Shown: positions 9,313-19,680 of the stretch, in pieces
Numbering within the stretch: position 1 is the first letter of the stretch
How the letters are laid out: the number at the start of each line of letters is the position of its first letter
Assembly: GCA_965198175.1 (NCBI GenBank)
Contig: OZ240245.1
Location: 3,104,001 to 3,168,000 of the forward strand
Direction of reading: 5' to 3'
Origin: Candidatus Poribacteria bacterium
GTDB lineage: Bacteria; Poribacteria; WGA-4E; PCPOR2b
DNA: 64,000 nt
Made by a program: the position numbers and the translations under genes
The notes under the pieces: model-generated
Told to the model about the DNA's origin: nothing
Database searches by the model: none
What the model saw: only the letters and a program-made list of their open reading frames with translations

Positions 9313-12114
9313 ATGCGGATAATACTTGTCTTCATGGCGATCGGTTTAATAGTGCTAAATGGCTGTGACAGCCATAATGATGAAGTGGCAGTGTATATCA
9401 AGCAGTTAAAAGGTGAGGATAAACATCTCCGCTGGGAGGCTGCAGAGGTATTGGGACAATTTGGAGATGCGCGGGCGGTAAAGCCACTATTGGATGTCCT
9501 TGAGGATCAGGAGGAAGATTGTAATGTCCGCGAGAGTGTCGCGATTGCCTTGGGTCAACTGGGTGACAAACGGGCAGCGAAACCGCTGATTGCGGTCCTG
9601 AAAGATGCGGGCGACAGTGTGCGCAGTAGCGCCGCTTTTGCGTTGGGACAGCTTGGGGAGGCGCAAGCGATGGAACCGTTAATTGCGGCGTTGAAGGATG
9701 AACAGCGTGCTGTGCGCAATAGTGCCGCAATCGCATTGGGCCATCTCGGCGATGCACGGGCATCAGAGGCTCTGCTAGCTATCATTAAGGAAGACATTTT
9801 GACTCGCCCGTTTGCTGCCCTTGCCTTGGGGCAACTTGAGGATAAGCGGGCGGTTGAACCGCTGATTGCAGCACTTAGAGATGGAACTCCTTTTGTCCGG
9901 GACGCCGCTGCTTCGGTGCTCGGAAAACTTGGCGATAAGCGCGCAGTATCACCACTGATTACTGCTCTCGGCGACGGTGAAAGTTCTGTCCGGGAAAGGG
10001 CTGCGGCTGCTTTGGAACAGCTTGGAAAACCAGCGATAGCACCACTGATTGCCACTCTTGTAGAAGGGGATGTTTTGGTTCACGCTGCTGCCATCTCAAC
10101 GCTAGAGCGGCTGGGCGAACCGGCAGTTGAGCCGCTGCTTGCCGTTCTCAAGGATGTGAAACGACCTGTCCGCGCCGACGCGGCGCGAATACTAGGACGG
10201 ATTGGAGACCTACGAGCAGTGGAACCGCTGATTGTGCTATCCAGCGATGAGAATAGCGTTGTCCGCAATAACGTTGTAATTGCGTTGGGACGACTTGGCG
10301 ACAAGCGCGCAGTAGAACCGCTGATTACCGCCCTCAAAGATGAGAAGGGTTCCATTCGCAGTAGCGCTGTAATCGCATTGGAGCAGCTTAATGACAAGCG
10401 ATCGGTGCAGGCTTTGGTTGTTGCGCTTAAAGATAAGAATTGGGGAGGTCGTATGAATGCCGCCCGCGCCTTAGGTACACTTGGCGATAATCGCGCGGTG
10501 GAGCCATTGCTTGCTGCGCTACAGGACGGGGATGCGAAAGTCCACGAACAGGCTGCCAAAGCGCTAGGGCAGCTTGGCGATAATCGCGCAGTAGAACCGC
10601 TAATTGCTGCGCTTGAGGAACAAGATTGGGCGGTTCGTTTTGGGGCTGCCAAAGCGTTAGGCCGGCTTGGCGATGAGCGCGCAGTAGAACCGCTAATTGC
10701 TGCACTTGAATATAAAGACTGGAGGTTTTGCTGGCATGTTGCACGTGCTTTAGGACAGCTCGGCAAACCGGCGACAAATCCACTGATTGCTGTGCTTGAA
10801 GATAAGGACCAAAAAAAAATCGTCCGTCGCAGCGCCGCCTATGCGTTGGGTCGGCTTGGAGACAAGCGATCCGTGCAGCCACTGCTCGGTGCACTTAAAG
10901 ATGAAGCCCCGCGTGTCCGTCTTGAAGCTGCGTTTGCATTGGGCTATCTTGGCGACCAGCGTGCAATGAAGCCGCTGGTCGCAGCCCTTAAGAATGAGAA
11001 TTGGCAGGTCCGCTGGAATGCCGTTGTTGCATTGGGTGCACTTGGGGATAAGAGCGCGACGGAGACGCTCCTTGAAGTGCTGAAAAATGGACATGTCCGC
11101 AATTCGGAAGAAGGGAATTTTAGAAATATGCTTGTCTCTACATTGGGACAACTTGGTGACGATCGAGCGGTACAGCCGCTGATTGCTGTTCTCAGAAACA
11201 AAAAAAAGTATTATAACAACGACACAGGAGAAAGCTACAGTTATATCCGCAAAAATGCTGCTATCACGCTAGGACAGTTGGGTGACAAGCGGGCAGTGGA
11301 GCCGTTGTTTGACGCGCTTAAAGACGAGGAAGTGCGCTATATGGCTGCGGTTGGGTTAGCGCATCTAGGCGACAGGCGGGCAGTGGCACCGCTGCTTGAT
11401 GCACTCAAAGATGGGGAAGTGCGGTATATGGCGGCAATAGGGTTGGGAGAGCTTGGGGACAAACGCGCAATGGAATTGTTGATTGATGCGCTCAAGGATG
11501 ATGATGAGGCGATGCGCTATATGGCTGGCACTGTATTGGGGCATCTGGGGGATAGACGCGCGGTGGCGCCCCTGATTGCTGCCCTCAAAGATGAAAGTCG
11601 GAAGGTCCGCTGCATTGCTGCGAAAGCACTGGGACAACTTCGAGATGAAAAGGCGATCCCTGAATTGGAACAGGTGATAAGGAGGGATGCAGATGAACAT
11701 ATCTGCAATACTGCGACAGCTAGCGTGAACAATATTCTAGCTTGGTCCCTTGCAAACTCAGATACCAGGTTGGATGAAGCGGGGTCCTTGGTGAAGAAAG
11801 CGATAGCGCTTCAGGCAGATGCCCCAACTTTTTATGATACGCTCGGCTGGGTACTCTACAAACAGGGCAAGCATACAGAAGCGATTGCCGCCTTCGAAAA
11901 CGCAATAAAAGGACATCCTGATTTAGCCTCGGCGCATTATCATTTGGGGTTGGCGTGTCTGAAGAATAACCAGCGAGAGAAAGCGCTGGGGGAACTCAAA
12001 ACTGCTTTTGATTTGGACGATTCATATCGCAAACGAGTGGAGCACGAGAAGGTGATAGAAAAGTTCCGGGACACCCCCGACTTTCAAAGGCTATTGACAC
12101 AAGATAAGAGTTGA
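9313..12114 (+). CDS. PBS-lyase HEAT-repeat lipoprotein with C-terminal TPRs
   Basis: Lipobox-like 'LNGC', >20 repeats of 'A.ALG.LGD.RAVEPLIAAL.D', TPR 'YDTLGWVLYK...AHYHLGLA'. Confidence 0.9.
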   Translation: MRIILVFMAIGLIVLNGCDSHNDEVAVYIKQLKGEDKHLRWEAAEVLGQFGDARAVKPLLDVLEDQEEDCNVRESVAIALGQLGDKRAAKPLIAVLKDAGDSVRSSAAFALGQLGEAQAMEPLIAALKDEQRAVRNSAAIALGHLGDARASEALLAIIKEDILTRPFAALALGQLEDKRAVEPLIAALRDGTPFVRDAAASVLGKLGDKRAVSPLITALGDGESSVRERAAAALEQLGKPAIAPLIATLVEGDVLVHAAAISTLERLGEPAVEPLLAVLKDVKRPVRADAARILGRIGDLRAVEPLIVLSSDENSVVRNNVVIALGRLGDKRAVEPLITALKDEKGSIRSSAVIALEQLNDKRSVQALVVALKDKNWGGRMNAARALGTLGDNRAVEPLLAALQDGDAKVHEQAAKALGQLGDNRAVEPLIAALEEQDWAVRFGAAKALGRLGDERAVEPLIAALEYKDWRFCWHVARALGQLGKPATNPLIAVLEDKDQKKIVRRSAAYALGRLGDKRSVQPLLGALKDEAPRVRLEAAFALGYLGDQRAMKPLVAALKNENWQVRWNAVVALGALGDKSATETLLEVLKNGHVRNSEEGNFRNMLVSTLGQLGDDRAVQPLIAVLRNKKKYYNNDTGESYSYIRKNAAITLGQLGDKRAVEPLFDALKDEEVRYMAAVGLAHLGDRRAVAPLLDALKDGEVRYMAAIGLGELGDKRAMELLIDALKDDDEAMRYMAGTVLGHLGDRRAVAPLIAALKDESRKVRCIAAKALGQLRDEKAIPELEQVIRRDADEHICNTATASVNNILAWSLANSDTRLDEAGSLVKKAIALQADAPTFYDTLGWVLYKQGKHTEAIAAFENAIKGHPDLASAHYHLGLACLKNNQREKALGELKTAFDLDDSYRKRVEHEKVIEKFRDTPDFQRLLTQDKS

Positions 12115-12294
12115 GATAACAGTTTGGTTCACAAATTTTCCACAGCGACGACTTACCTCATTCACGAAATCAACACACAGTTATGTAGTTACGTAGGAGC
12201 AATCTTTGCGCACGACGTTCACTAGGAGGCATCTTTCTTCCCTCTCACCCATTTAAAGCGAATCCTTCAAAGAGGAAAAGCGGAGTATAACAAC

Positions 12295-14058
12295 ATGCGA
12301 AGTCACAAGGCTGTTTCCATCTTTATCCTCATTTTCACGATGACACTTGGCAACATGAAACTAGCATCGACCGAGGGAACACAGAGCGAATTGGCGAAGT
12401 ATATCCAACAGTTGAAGAGTACAGACAAGGATGCACGTAAAGCAGCATCGGAGGCATTGGGAGCGCTTGGCGATCAGCAAGCAGTCGCTCCACTGCTCGA
12501 TCGCCTCAAGGATAAAAGCGAGAACCGTGATGTCCGTGAGAGCGCCGCGGTTGCACTCGGGCAGCTTGGCGACAAGGGGGCAGTCGAACTGCTGCTGGCT
12601 GTCCTTGAGGACAAAAAGGAAAGGCGCAATGTCCGCGAAAGTGCTGCCATTGCACTTGGACAGCTTGGCGATCCGCGAGTTGTTGAATCACTGATTGCGG
12701 TTCTGAAGGACAAAAACAGTAGGGTACGAAGCAGCACTGCCTTCGCGTTGGGACAACTTGGCAATACACGCGCCACAGAACCACTAATTCGGGCGCTCAA
12801 GGATAAGAAAAATGATGTCCGCCTTGCAGCTGCGGTTGCGCTGGGGCATCTTGGAGACACACAAGCGGTGGAGTCACTGCTGACTGTCATCAAAAAAGAT
12901 AACTTTACTCGCCCATTTGCCGCCCTAGCATTGGGACAGCTTGGCGATAAACGGGCAGTAGAACCGTTGATTGAGGCGCTAAAAGATCAGAGTCCCTTGG
13001 TTCGTGAAGCTGCAGCTTCCGTGTTAGGACAACTTGGAGATCTGCGATCGGGAAAGCCTCTGGTTGCCGCACTCAATGATGAGGCGTCTATCCGCGACAA
13101 GGCTGCGGAGGCATTGGTAGAGCTCGGTGAACCGGCGATTGCACTGCTGATTCCGGTCCTCCAGAATGAAAATCTTCTAGTCCGTGCCACGGCGGCTTCA
13201 GCATTGGAGAAACTTGGTCCAGCCGCGGTGGAGCCACTGTTGGCAATTTTTGAAGATGAGAACAGTCCTATCCGCGCTGAGGCGGCGAGCGTATTGGGAC
13301 GGCTTGGCGACCAACGGGCAGTCGAGCCACTCATTGACGCCCTTCAGGACGAAAGGAGTTCCGTCCGCGTGAGCGTTGTGGTTGCTTTGGGCGCACTTGG
13401 CGACAAACGCGCGGTGCAACCGCTCATTACGATGCTCAAAGACGAGAAGGATTTTATTCGGAGTAGCGCAGTGATTGCTTTAGGTCGCGTTGGCGGCAAG
13501 CAAGCGGTACAGCCGCTCATTGCAGCGCTCAAAGCGGAGGCTGAAAATGTTCGCCGAAGCGCTGCCTTCGCGCTGGGCGATCTCGGTGACATCCAAGCGC
13601 TTCCTGAACTTGAACGATTAGCAAAAGAAGATCCAGATGCACATGTCCGGGAGTATGCAACAGCTAGTCTCGACACGTTAGCCTGGTCCTTTGCAGATGC
13701 AGGGATACATCTGGAGGAAGCGGAATCGATCGCAAGGAAAACTTTACAAAGCGAACCCAACAATGCGACTTTTCACGATACACTCGGTTGGGTGCTCTAC
13801 AAACGAGGTCGGCATACGGAAGCAATAACTTCCTTAGAAAGGGCAGTGGAGTTGGGGAGCTATTTGGCATCCGCCCATTATCATTTGGGTCTTGCGTATC
13901 TAAAAACCAATAACCGTGAAAAAGCAATGGCTGCATTTGAAACCGCTTTTGCGCAAGACAAAACCTATCGCGAGGCAGCAAAGACTGAGAGTGCGCTGGA
14001 AGAATTTCGCAACAACCCTGAATTCCAACGACTCATTAGCCAAGGTAGCAGAGACTAG
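12295..14058 (+). CDS. PBS-lyase HEAT-repeat protein with C-terminal TPRs (shorter paralogue of the upstream gene)
   Basis: Signal-like N-terminus and the same repeat consensus. Shares non-repeat blocks 'YI.QLK', 'TRPFAALALGQL', 'DTLGWVLYK', 'LASAHYHLGLA', 'P.FQRL'. Confidence 0.9.
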   Translation: MRSHKAVSIFILIFTMTLGNMKLASTEGTQSELAKYIQQLKSTDKDARKAASEALGALGDQQAVAPLLDRLKDKSENRDVRESAAVALGQLGDKGAVELLLAVLEDKKERRNVRESAAIALGQLGDPRVVESLIAVLKDKNSRVRSSTAFALGQLGNTRATEPLIRALKDKKNDVRLAAAVALGHLGDTQAVESLLTVIKKDNFTRPFAALALGQLGDKRAVEPLIEALKDQSPLVREAAASVLGQLGDLRSGKPLVAALNDEASIRDKAAEALVELGEPAIALLIPVLQNENLLVRATAASALEKLGPAAVEPLLAIFEDENSPIRAEAASVLGRLGDQRAVEPLIDALQDERSSVRVSVVVALGALGDKRAVQPLITMLKDEKDFIRSSAVIALGRVGGKQAVQPLIAALKAEAENVRRSAAFALGDLGDIQALPELERLAKEDPDAHVREYATASLDTLAWSFADAGIHLEEAESIARKTLQSEPNNATFHDTLGWVLYKRGRHTEAITSLERAVELGSYLASAHYHLGLAYLKTNNREKAMAAFETAFAQDKTYREAAKTESALEEFRNNPEFQRLISQGSRD

Positions 14059-14191
14059 GTTAGTTTGCCATGAACGCGGGTTCACCGCCCGACAATACAA
14101 ATCGTGAATGGCGCTTGGTATTGAATATTGCGGAAGGTGCGAGTCCATTTGATCGTAATATTCGCGCTCGATTTTCAAGGCAGGTGATACC

Positions 14192-15751
14192 GTGCTACGT
14201 CACAAGCGTACCTCCCCCTTTTTAATCTGCTCACTCATCATTCACCTGCTTATCCTGCTCATCTTATCCCAGCTTTGGTATGAGCAATACCAGACTCCAC
14301 CTGTTCATGATGAAATTGCAATCGACATTACCCACTTGCCACGTCTAGAAGTCCAGCCTCGCAAACGTCAAAAGCTACCCGCGCCGACACTGGCTGCCAA
14401 GCCCGCAGAAGTAGTTGAGAAGCTCTCCCCACCCAAGCCAAAGCCTGCCCCTGATTCGGATGGGGCGCTGGCACACTCCTTTGGCAAAACGGATCAGCGG
14501 GAGACAATCCCCGCAAAAAGGGAACTGTCAGCCAATTTCAACCGTATTCGGTTGAATTCTCGGTCCCGCGTATCTAAAGCCGCGCATCCAATACCCCAGG
14601 CAATCACTGCCACGATTGCGCCTCTACAACCGAGGAATTCAGAAGTTGTTACACCCCCGGCAAAAAACGAAAATATCAGCATGGGTGAATCGGGCGGAGA
14701 CTTGAACGCACACTCTCCGGAAGTCGGCCCAGTGAAGATGCGGTATCAGCACACGCGAGGCGCAGTGCTCAGCGGGGCGCCTGTAGGAAACACATTCGGC
14801 GGTAGTGCGATGGGGCGCGCTCATGGAAATTACATTGAGATGATGACCGACCTCGCACAAGATATAGCCGAGGCTGCAACCACGTCCGAAATCGATCTCG
14901 TCTTCATCGTCGACAAGACGGGGAGCATGGAAGACAATGTGCGTGGGATTCGGGCATATACCGATCTCTTTTTCGAGTATCTTGCGCGAGCGGGACATGA
15001 CACAGCAGTTGGTCTAGTCACTTTTTCCGATGCAACGGAAGAAAAACCTAAAGCGCGCGGCGTTACCGACAATCACAGCAAATTTAGAAATTGGCTCCAC
15101 AAGATTAAATTTGAGGGTGGCGGAGATCTTCTTGAATCCGGGTTAGACGCCCTGATGACAGCGGTGCACGAGATAAAATTTCGGAAGGGTGGGCAACGAT
15201 TCTTCATATTCGCTAGTGACGGCGCATTCCATGATGCCGATTACGATGGGAAATCTGAGTATAGCCTCGATCAGGTCATCGAAACATTGCAGCGCGAGCG
15301 CATTCGTGTCAACGTCCTCGGACTTGACTACTTGCCCGTTAAACAGATCGCTTGGGGCACACGGGGTGTCTGGCGAGCAATCCCCGGCAAAGGCTACTTG
15401 GAGTATGTTCCACCGATAACAATGACAGCCAAAATGCTTTCTGAATTTGGCATACTCGGTTACAATAAGAACTCGCTCGCGGATGAATTGGTCGTTTATG
15501 TCAATCGCAGCCCTCGCCCAAAATGGATCAAAATCTCGTGGAAAATCCTCAATCCCCTCGGCGAAAGATGCTACGGCCCATTCACCGATCAAGAGGCAAT
15601 CTCTAATGATGCCTCTGAGGTCGTAACGCACACCCCTACAATCAATGCGAGCCAATTTGCCACGATGTCGGGTACATACACGGTTATCTACCATCTCGAA
15701 AATGACCTCGGTCACCAAAGCATTCTCCGCAGAGCGTTCGATATACCTTAG
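14192..15751 (+). CDS. Membrane-anchored von Willebrand factor A (VWA) domain protein
   Basis: N-terminal TM 'SLIIHLLILLIL', Pro/Lys-rich linker, MIDAS 'DLVFIVDKTGSM', 'GGGD..ESGLDAL', 'FIFASDG.FH'. Confidence 0.85.
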   Translation: MLRHKRTSPFLICSLIIHLLILLILSQLWYEQYQTPPVHDEIAIDITHLPRLEVQPRKRQKLPAPTLAAKPAEVVEKLSPPKPKPAPDSDGALAHSFGKTDQRETIPAKRELSANFNRIRLNSRSRVSKAAHPIPQAITATIAPLQPRNSEVVTPPAKNENISMGESGGDLNAHSPEVGPVKMRYQHTRGAVLSGAPVGNTFGGSAMGRAHGNYIEMMTDLAQDIAEAATTSEIDLVFIVDKTGSMEDNVRGIRAYTDLFFEYLARAGHDTAVGLVTFSDATEEKPKARGVTDNHSKFRNWLHKIKFEGGGDLLESGLDALMTAVHEIKFRKGGQRFFIFASDGAFHDADYDGKSEYSLDQVIETLQRERIRVNVLGLDYLPVKQIAWGTRGVWRAIPGKGYLEYVPPITMTAKMLSEFGILGYNKNSLADELVVYVNRSPRPKWIKISWKILNPLGERCYGPFTDQEAISNDASEVVTHTPTINASQFATMSGTYTVIYHLENDLGHQSILRRAFDIP

Positions 15752-15885
15752 GAATAAAAATTGATAAACCGCGCTGTGATTGAGTTCGTCATTGTAACAT
15801 AGTTGGCTATTATAGTCACTGCGGCTAAGAATTACACATCACCGCTCAATATTGCGCCGATCAAAAAGGGACGTCAACCCCCAAA

Positions 15886-16000
15886 ACTAGTGAAGACTAT
15901 AGGAAAACTATAGCCCTCCCTGTTCGGTCGGTTGATCACTCACTATTTGTTCGCTTGATCGGTCCTTTGCTAGTCGCTTGATCTATTCGCTCATTTGATG
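15886..16000 (+). repeat. Degenerate tandem array of ~23-bp units ending TTGATC (dispersed family, also at 22336-22415 and 40271-40351)
   Basis: Leader GAAGACTATAG, then CCTCCCTGTTCGGTCGGTTGATC and three more degenerate ...TTGAT units. Confidence 0.65.
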
Positions 16001-16089
16001 CCATGAACCGACATCATCCAACCAGACCTATCTATCCGTCAAATCGATGTCACGATATGATTCCAGTACCTGTTCTGACCAAACAAGTC

Positions 16090-16118
16090 TTGACTTTACA
16101 CCGACTGTCTGATACAAT
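16090..16118 (+). promoter_or_regulatory. Sigma70-type promoter of the HK/RR operon
   Basis: TTGACT-17 bp-TACAAT with extended TG. Confidence 0.7.
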
Positions 16119-16156
16119 ATTGAGGGATTTTCTGTGCCTTGGATAGAGGAAGACCG

Positions 16157-17686
16157 ATGTTGTTCAAGCGTAAAAGGATTGTGCCGACTGGCTACGCCGC
16201 GACCAGATTCCTACTAGCCTACTTTATCGTTGGGCTTCTCATTCTGTCACTTGCCTTCGTGTATTATACCAGACAGATCCTGCAACTAGATCGAGCGCTA
16301 GAGGAACAGGTCGGACCGTTGGCAGACCTTGCGGCTGTACTCCCGAAGGTCAAAGAAAGAGAACTTCAAGATCGACTGACGCAAATCGTTAAGCAGTTTC
16401 TGACGGCAAGCCGTCTGTCGTTCATCATCACGGATGCAGTTAACGGGCGAATCGTCATCGCCAAGGGTGTTGATGAAGCAATTGACCGCAAAATCAACAC
16501 CGAGCCGTCTATTGCGTTATCCCCTGTTGAGGAAGCCAAACTCAAGGACGCTTTGGAGCGGATGGAGAGGAAGAATGAACCGGAGTCCATCCAATATAGC
16601 TTCGAAAATCGAGAGCTTTATGCCTATTTTTATCATGGTGACGCTGATGTAACAGCGATAGATCGGATTCCGTTTGTCGTTACGGATTTGAATCGGAAAC
16701 CTCAGATGTGGCGAATCTGGGGTGGAGAGCTCATTACCGCCAAGCGCGCCACACCGGAACAGTCTGCACGGGCTGGAAAGTTGGTCCAGAACTCCAAAGT
16801 GTTCGGACGGGAGGTGCCACTGCAAACCACGCCAGACTTGCGTCAAGGCTATTTTTATTACGAAGCGACGCGCTATTACGGCATCATAATGATGCCAATT
16901 ATCTTAGTATCCGTGTTTGCGACCTTCTTAGCTGTAGGATATTTGAGTTTTCGGCGCATAAGATTTAGTGAACAGGCGGCACTATGGGGCGGACTCGCCA
17001 AGGAAACCGCCCATCAACTGGGAACGCCAATATCCTCTTTGATGGGCTGGTTGGAGTTGCTATCCGCTCGCAATCGTGAGGATGACGACGCAACAGTTGG
17101 GGACATTTATGCAAATATGCATAACGACCTCATTCGATTGCAGAAAATTACAGCACGCTTCGGCAAGATTGGATCTGAGCCGCAAAAAACGGAGGTCAAC
17201 GTCAACGAAGTGATGGGCGATGTCGTTTCGTATTTCCAAAAGCGCTTGCCGAATCGAAACAAATCGGTTGATATCCGGGTCAGTACTTGTGAACTTCCTT
17301 ATGTCTCCGCCAATGCGGAGCTCCTGCAATGGGTCTTTGAGAACCTGATTCGCAATTCGCTTGATGCCCTAGACAAACCGAGCGGTTTTATCGAAATCGA
17401 TCCGAGATTCGATGAGAAGAATTGTCGAATCATCATTCGATACGCGGATAACGGAAAGGGAATAATGCGGAAGGATCGCCGAAAAGTCTTTCACCCCGGT
17501 GTCACAACCAAAAAACACGGATGGGGGCTCGGATTAACACTTGTCAAGCGTATTGTTGAGGCGCATCATCATGGGAGAATCCGGTTGGTCGACTCCGGAC
17601 CTAATGGAACAACCTTTGAAATTGTGCTGCCAATCGGGACAATTTCCGGTGGGAAACGCGGAGAAACCTTGTTCATGAGTCCCTGA
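16157..17686 (+). CDS. Membrane sensor histidine kinase
   Basis: Two TM segments, H-box 'AKETAHQLGTPISSL', N-box 'WVFENLIRNSLDA', G1 'DNGKGI', G2 'GWGLGL'. Confidence 0.92.
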   Translation: MLFKRKRIVPTGYAATRFLLAYFIVGLLILSLAFVYYTRQILQLDRALEEQVGPLADLAAVLPKVKERELQDRLTQIVKQFLTASRLSFIITDAVNGRIVIAKGVDEAIDRKINTEPSIALSPVEEAKLKDALERMERKNEPESIQYSFENRELYAYFYHGDADVTAIDRIPFVVTDLNRKPQMWRIWGGELITAKRATPEQSARAGKLVQNSKVFGREVPLQTTPDLRQGYFYYEATRYYGIIMMPIILVSVFATFLAVGYLSFRRIRFSEQAALWGGLAKETAHQLGTPISSLMGWLELLSARNREDDDATVGDIYANMHNDLIRLQKITARFGKIGSEPQKTEVNVNEVMGDVVSYFQKRLPNRNKSVDIRVSTCELPYVSANAELLQWVFENLIRNSLDALDKPSGFIEIDPRFDEKNCRIIIRYADNGKGIMRKDRRKVFHPGVTTKKHGWGLGLTLVKRIVEAHHHGRIRLVDSGPNGTTFEIVLPIGTISGGKRGETLFMSP

Positions 17687-17717
17687 AATTGAAAGATTAA
17701 AAGGGAGAAGGGGTGAG

Positions 17718-19292
17718 TTGCTAATGCAGAACATTGCTCACAAAATCTTATGGGTCGATGATGAAATTGATGCCCTGAAACCCCACATCCTTTTTCTGAG
17801 CGAAAAATCTTACGATGTAACCTCTGTTTCCAATGGGGATGATGCGATTTCGCTCCTCAGCAATCACCGGTACGATGTAGTTTTGCTTGACCAGATGATG
17901 CCCGGACAGGATGGTCTAACGGCGTTGGATCGCATCCGCGAGATTGATCCGGCCTTGCCTGTCGTTATGCTAACGCAATGTCATGACGATCAGGTTGTGA
18001 ATGAAGCGTTGGGGAAACGGATTAGCGACTTCTTGGTGAAACCAATTGGCGCGGCACAAGTCGCTTTGACATTGAAGCGCGTACTCGATCAAACAAAGAT
18101 TGCTGAGAGACAAGTACCACGCAGCTATACTCACGATTTCGATCATATCCGACACATTAAAGAATCTGACCCAGATTGGCGTAAGTGGATCGAGATCTAT
18201 CTGAAATTGGTCGAATGGGATTTCGAATTCGATCAATTGGGACAAACAGGCCTCGAAGAAACCCACTTGGAGCTGAAAAAAGAGTGTAACGCTTCATTTT
18301 CCGACTATGTTGCGAAAAACTATACTCGCTGGTTAAAGGGGGAAAACTCCCCGATTTTATCTGTGGATGTGTTAGATAAATTTGTCATCCCGCATCTACG
18401 CGAAAATCGACCAACCTATTTTATTGTTGTTGATTGTCTCAGGCTCGATCTCTGGATGGCAATCGAGCCGCTGATTCGGCCCTATTTTTATACCGATCGG
18501 GATTATTACTATTCCATCTTACCTAGTGCAACGCTCTACTCTCGCAATGCACTTTTTAGCGGTTTATTCCCCCAAGAGATTGCAAAGAAATTTCCTCAGT
18601 ATTGGCAGGAAAACTCTGAGGATGAAACCAGTACGAATCGGTATGAAAAGCAGCTTCTTCAACAGAAATTGCGGAGAGCTGGGCTGAATGTTAAACCGGG
18701 AATAAGGTATTTTAAGATTTTCGATGCCAAGGGAGGCAACGAGTTTATACGTCAAGTTTCGTCTTTCGACCGAATCAGTTTATCTGCTCTGGTCGTCAAC
18801 TTCATTGATATTTTAACCCATCAACGTTCGCAGTCAAATGTGCTTCAGCAGATCGCTCCGGATGAGTCTGCGTTTCGTTCTCTTGCAAAATCGTGGTTTG
18901 CCCATTCCGCGCTCTTTGAGATTTTGAAGATTATTGCAACCCGGGATGCAACCGTTATTTTAACATCAGATCACGGTTCCGTTCTTTGCAATCGACCTAC
19001 TAAAGCGCTCGGAAATCGCGAAACGTCCACAAGCCTTCGTTTCAAAGTCGGTACGAATCTCGGATGCAATAGAGATCAAGCTATTTATATTGATCATCCG
19101 AATGAATATAGATTACCCGCTGAGGGTTCAAGCAAAAACTATATTATAACGAAGGAAGACTACTATTTTGTCTACCCAAATCAGTATCATGAATATACAC
19201 GACAGTTTCGCGGTGGTTTCCAGCACGGAGGGATTTCGACCGGTGAGTTGATCATTCCGGTAATCACAATGACGCCGCGCGAAGGGACTTAA
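17718..19292 (+). CDS. PorX-like response regulator (receiver + PglZ/alkaline-phosphatase domain)
   Basis: Receiver 'ILWVDDEI...LLDQMMPG..G...K P', then PglZ motifs 'VDCLRLD', 'SILPSAT.YSRNALFSG', 'TSDHG', 'FQHGGIS..E.IIP'. Confidence 0.88.
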   Translation: MLMQNIAHKILWVDDEIDALKPHILFLSEKSYDVTSVSNGDDAISLLSNHRYDVVLLDQMMPGQDGLTALDRIREIDPALPVVMLTQCHDDQVVNEALGKRISDFLVKPIGAAQVALTLKRVLDQTKIAERQVPRSYTHDFDHIRHIKESDPDWRKWIEIYLKLVEWDFEFDQLGQTGLEETHLELKKECNASFSDYVAKNYTRWLKGENSPILSVDVLDKFVIPHLRENRPTYFIVVDCLRLDLWMAIEPLIRPYFYTDRDYYYSILPSATLYSRNALFSGLFPQEIAKKFPQYWQENSEDETSTNRYEKQLLQQKLRRAGLNVKPGIRYFKIFDAKGGNEFIRQVSSFDRISLSALVVNFIDILTHQRSQSNVLQQIAPDESAFRSLAKSWFAHSALFEILKIIATRDATVILTSDHGSVLCNRPTKALGNRETSTSLRFKVGTNLGCNRDQAIYIDHPNEYRLPAEGSSKNYIITKEDYYFVYPNQYHEYTRQFRGGFQHGGISTGELIIPVITMTPREGT

Positions 19293-19612
19293 TGGGTATT
19301 GAGCGAGTGGTGTCACGCGAACACAAGCGGTCGACAACCTCTCATTCAATGAAAAATTCAATGTCACCGTCGTATCAATATCCTCACGCATTGGTTTTAG
19401 AACGTTGAATCCGGTTGCGGATTCTGAAAGCGCGATGTTATCGAGTTTCAGTGGAACAAGTTGTCGCGAGTAAAACAGCGTCACCCATTGCTGGCGTTTG
19501 GTCTACTGACGTTCAGAATCAGTGTCAGATCGACAGTCGTAAAAGCGGGATATTGACTTTGATAGAAAGACAGGATGGAATTGTATAAGGAGAATTTTAC
19601 AGCGCGTCGTTG

Positions 19613-19680
19613 AGCAGGGGAATCTAAGATTCAGGGTTTACCTGAGTCGAAGATTCCGTCCCGCAGGGTAAACCGCTGCC
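19613..19680 (+). promoter_or_regulatory. Structured element in the long rng leader (hairpin with loop-complementary downstream segment)
   Basis: GGAATCT/AGATTCC and GATTCAGG/CCTGAGTC stems (19619-19657). GGTTTACC (19635-19642) is complementary to GGTAAACC (19667-19674). Confidence 0.4.

Noticed and set aside
9398..13981. Numerous Ser/Ala/Arg-rich antisense ORFs over the HEAT genes
   Set aside because: Shadow ORFs of repetitive coding sequence.
17718..19292. PglZ domain as part of a BREX system with the nearby DUF499 clusters
   Set aside because: It is fused to a receiver domain in an HK operon (PorX architecture) and separated from the island by housekeeping genes.
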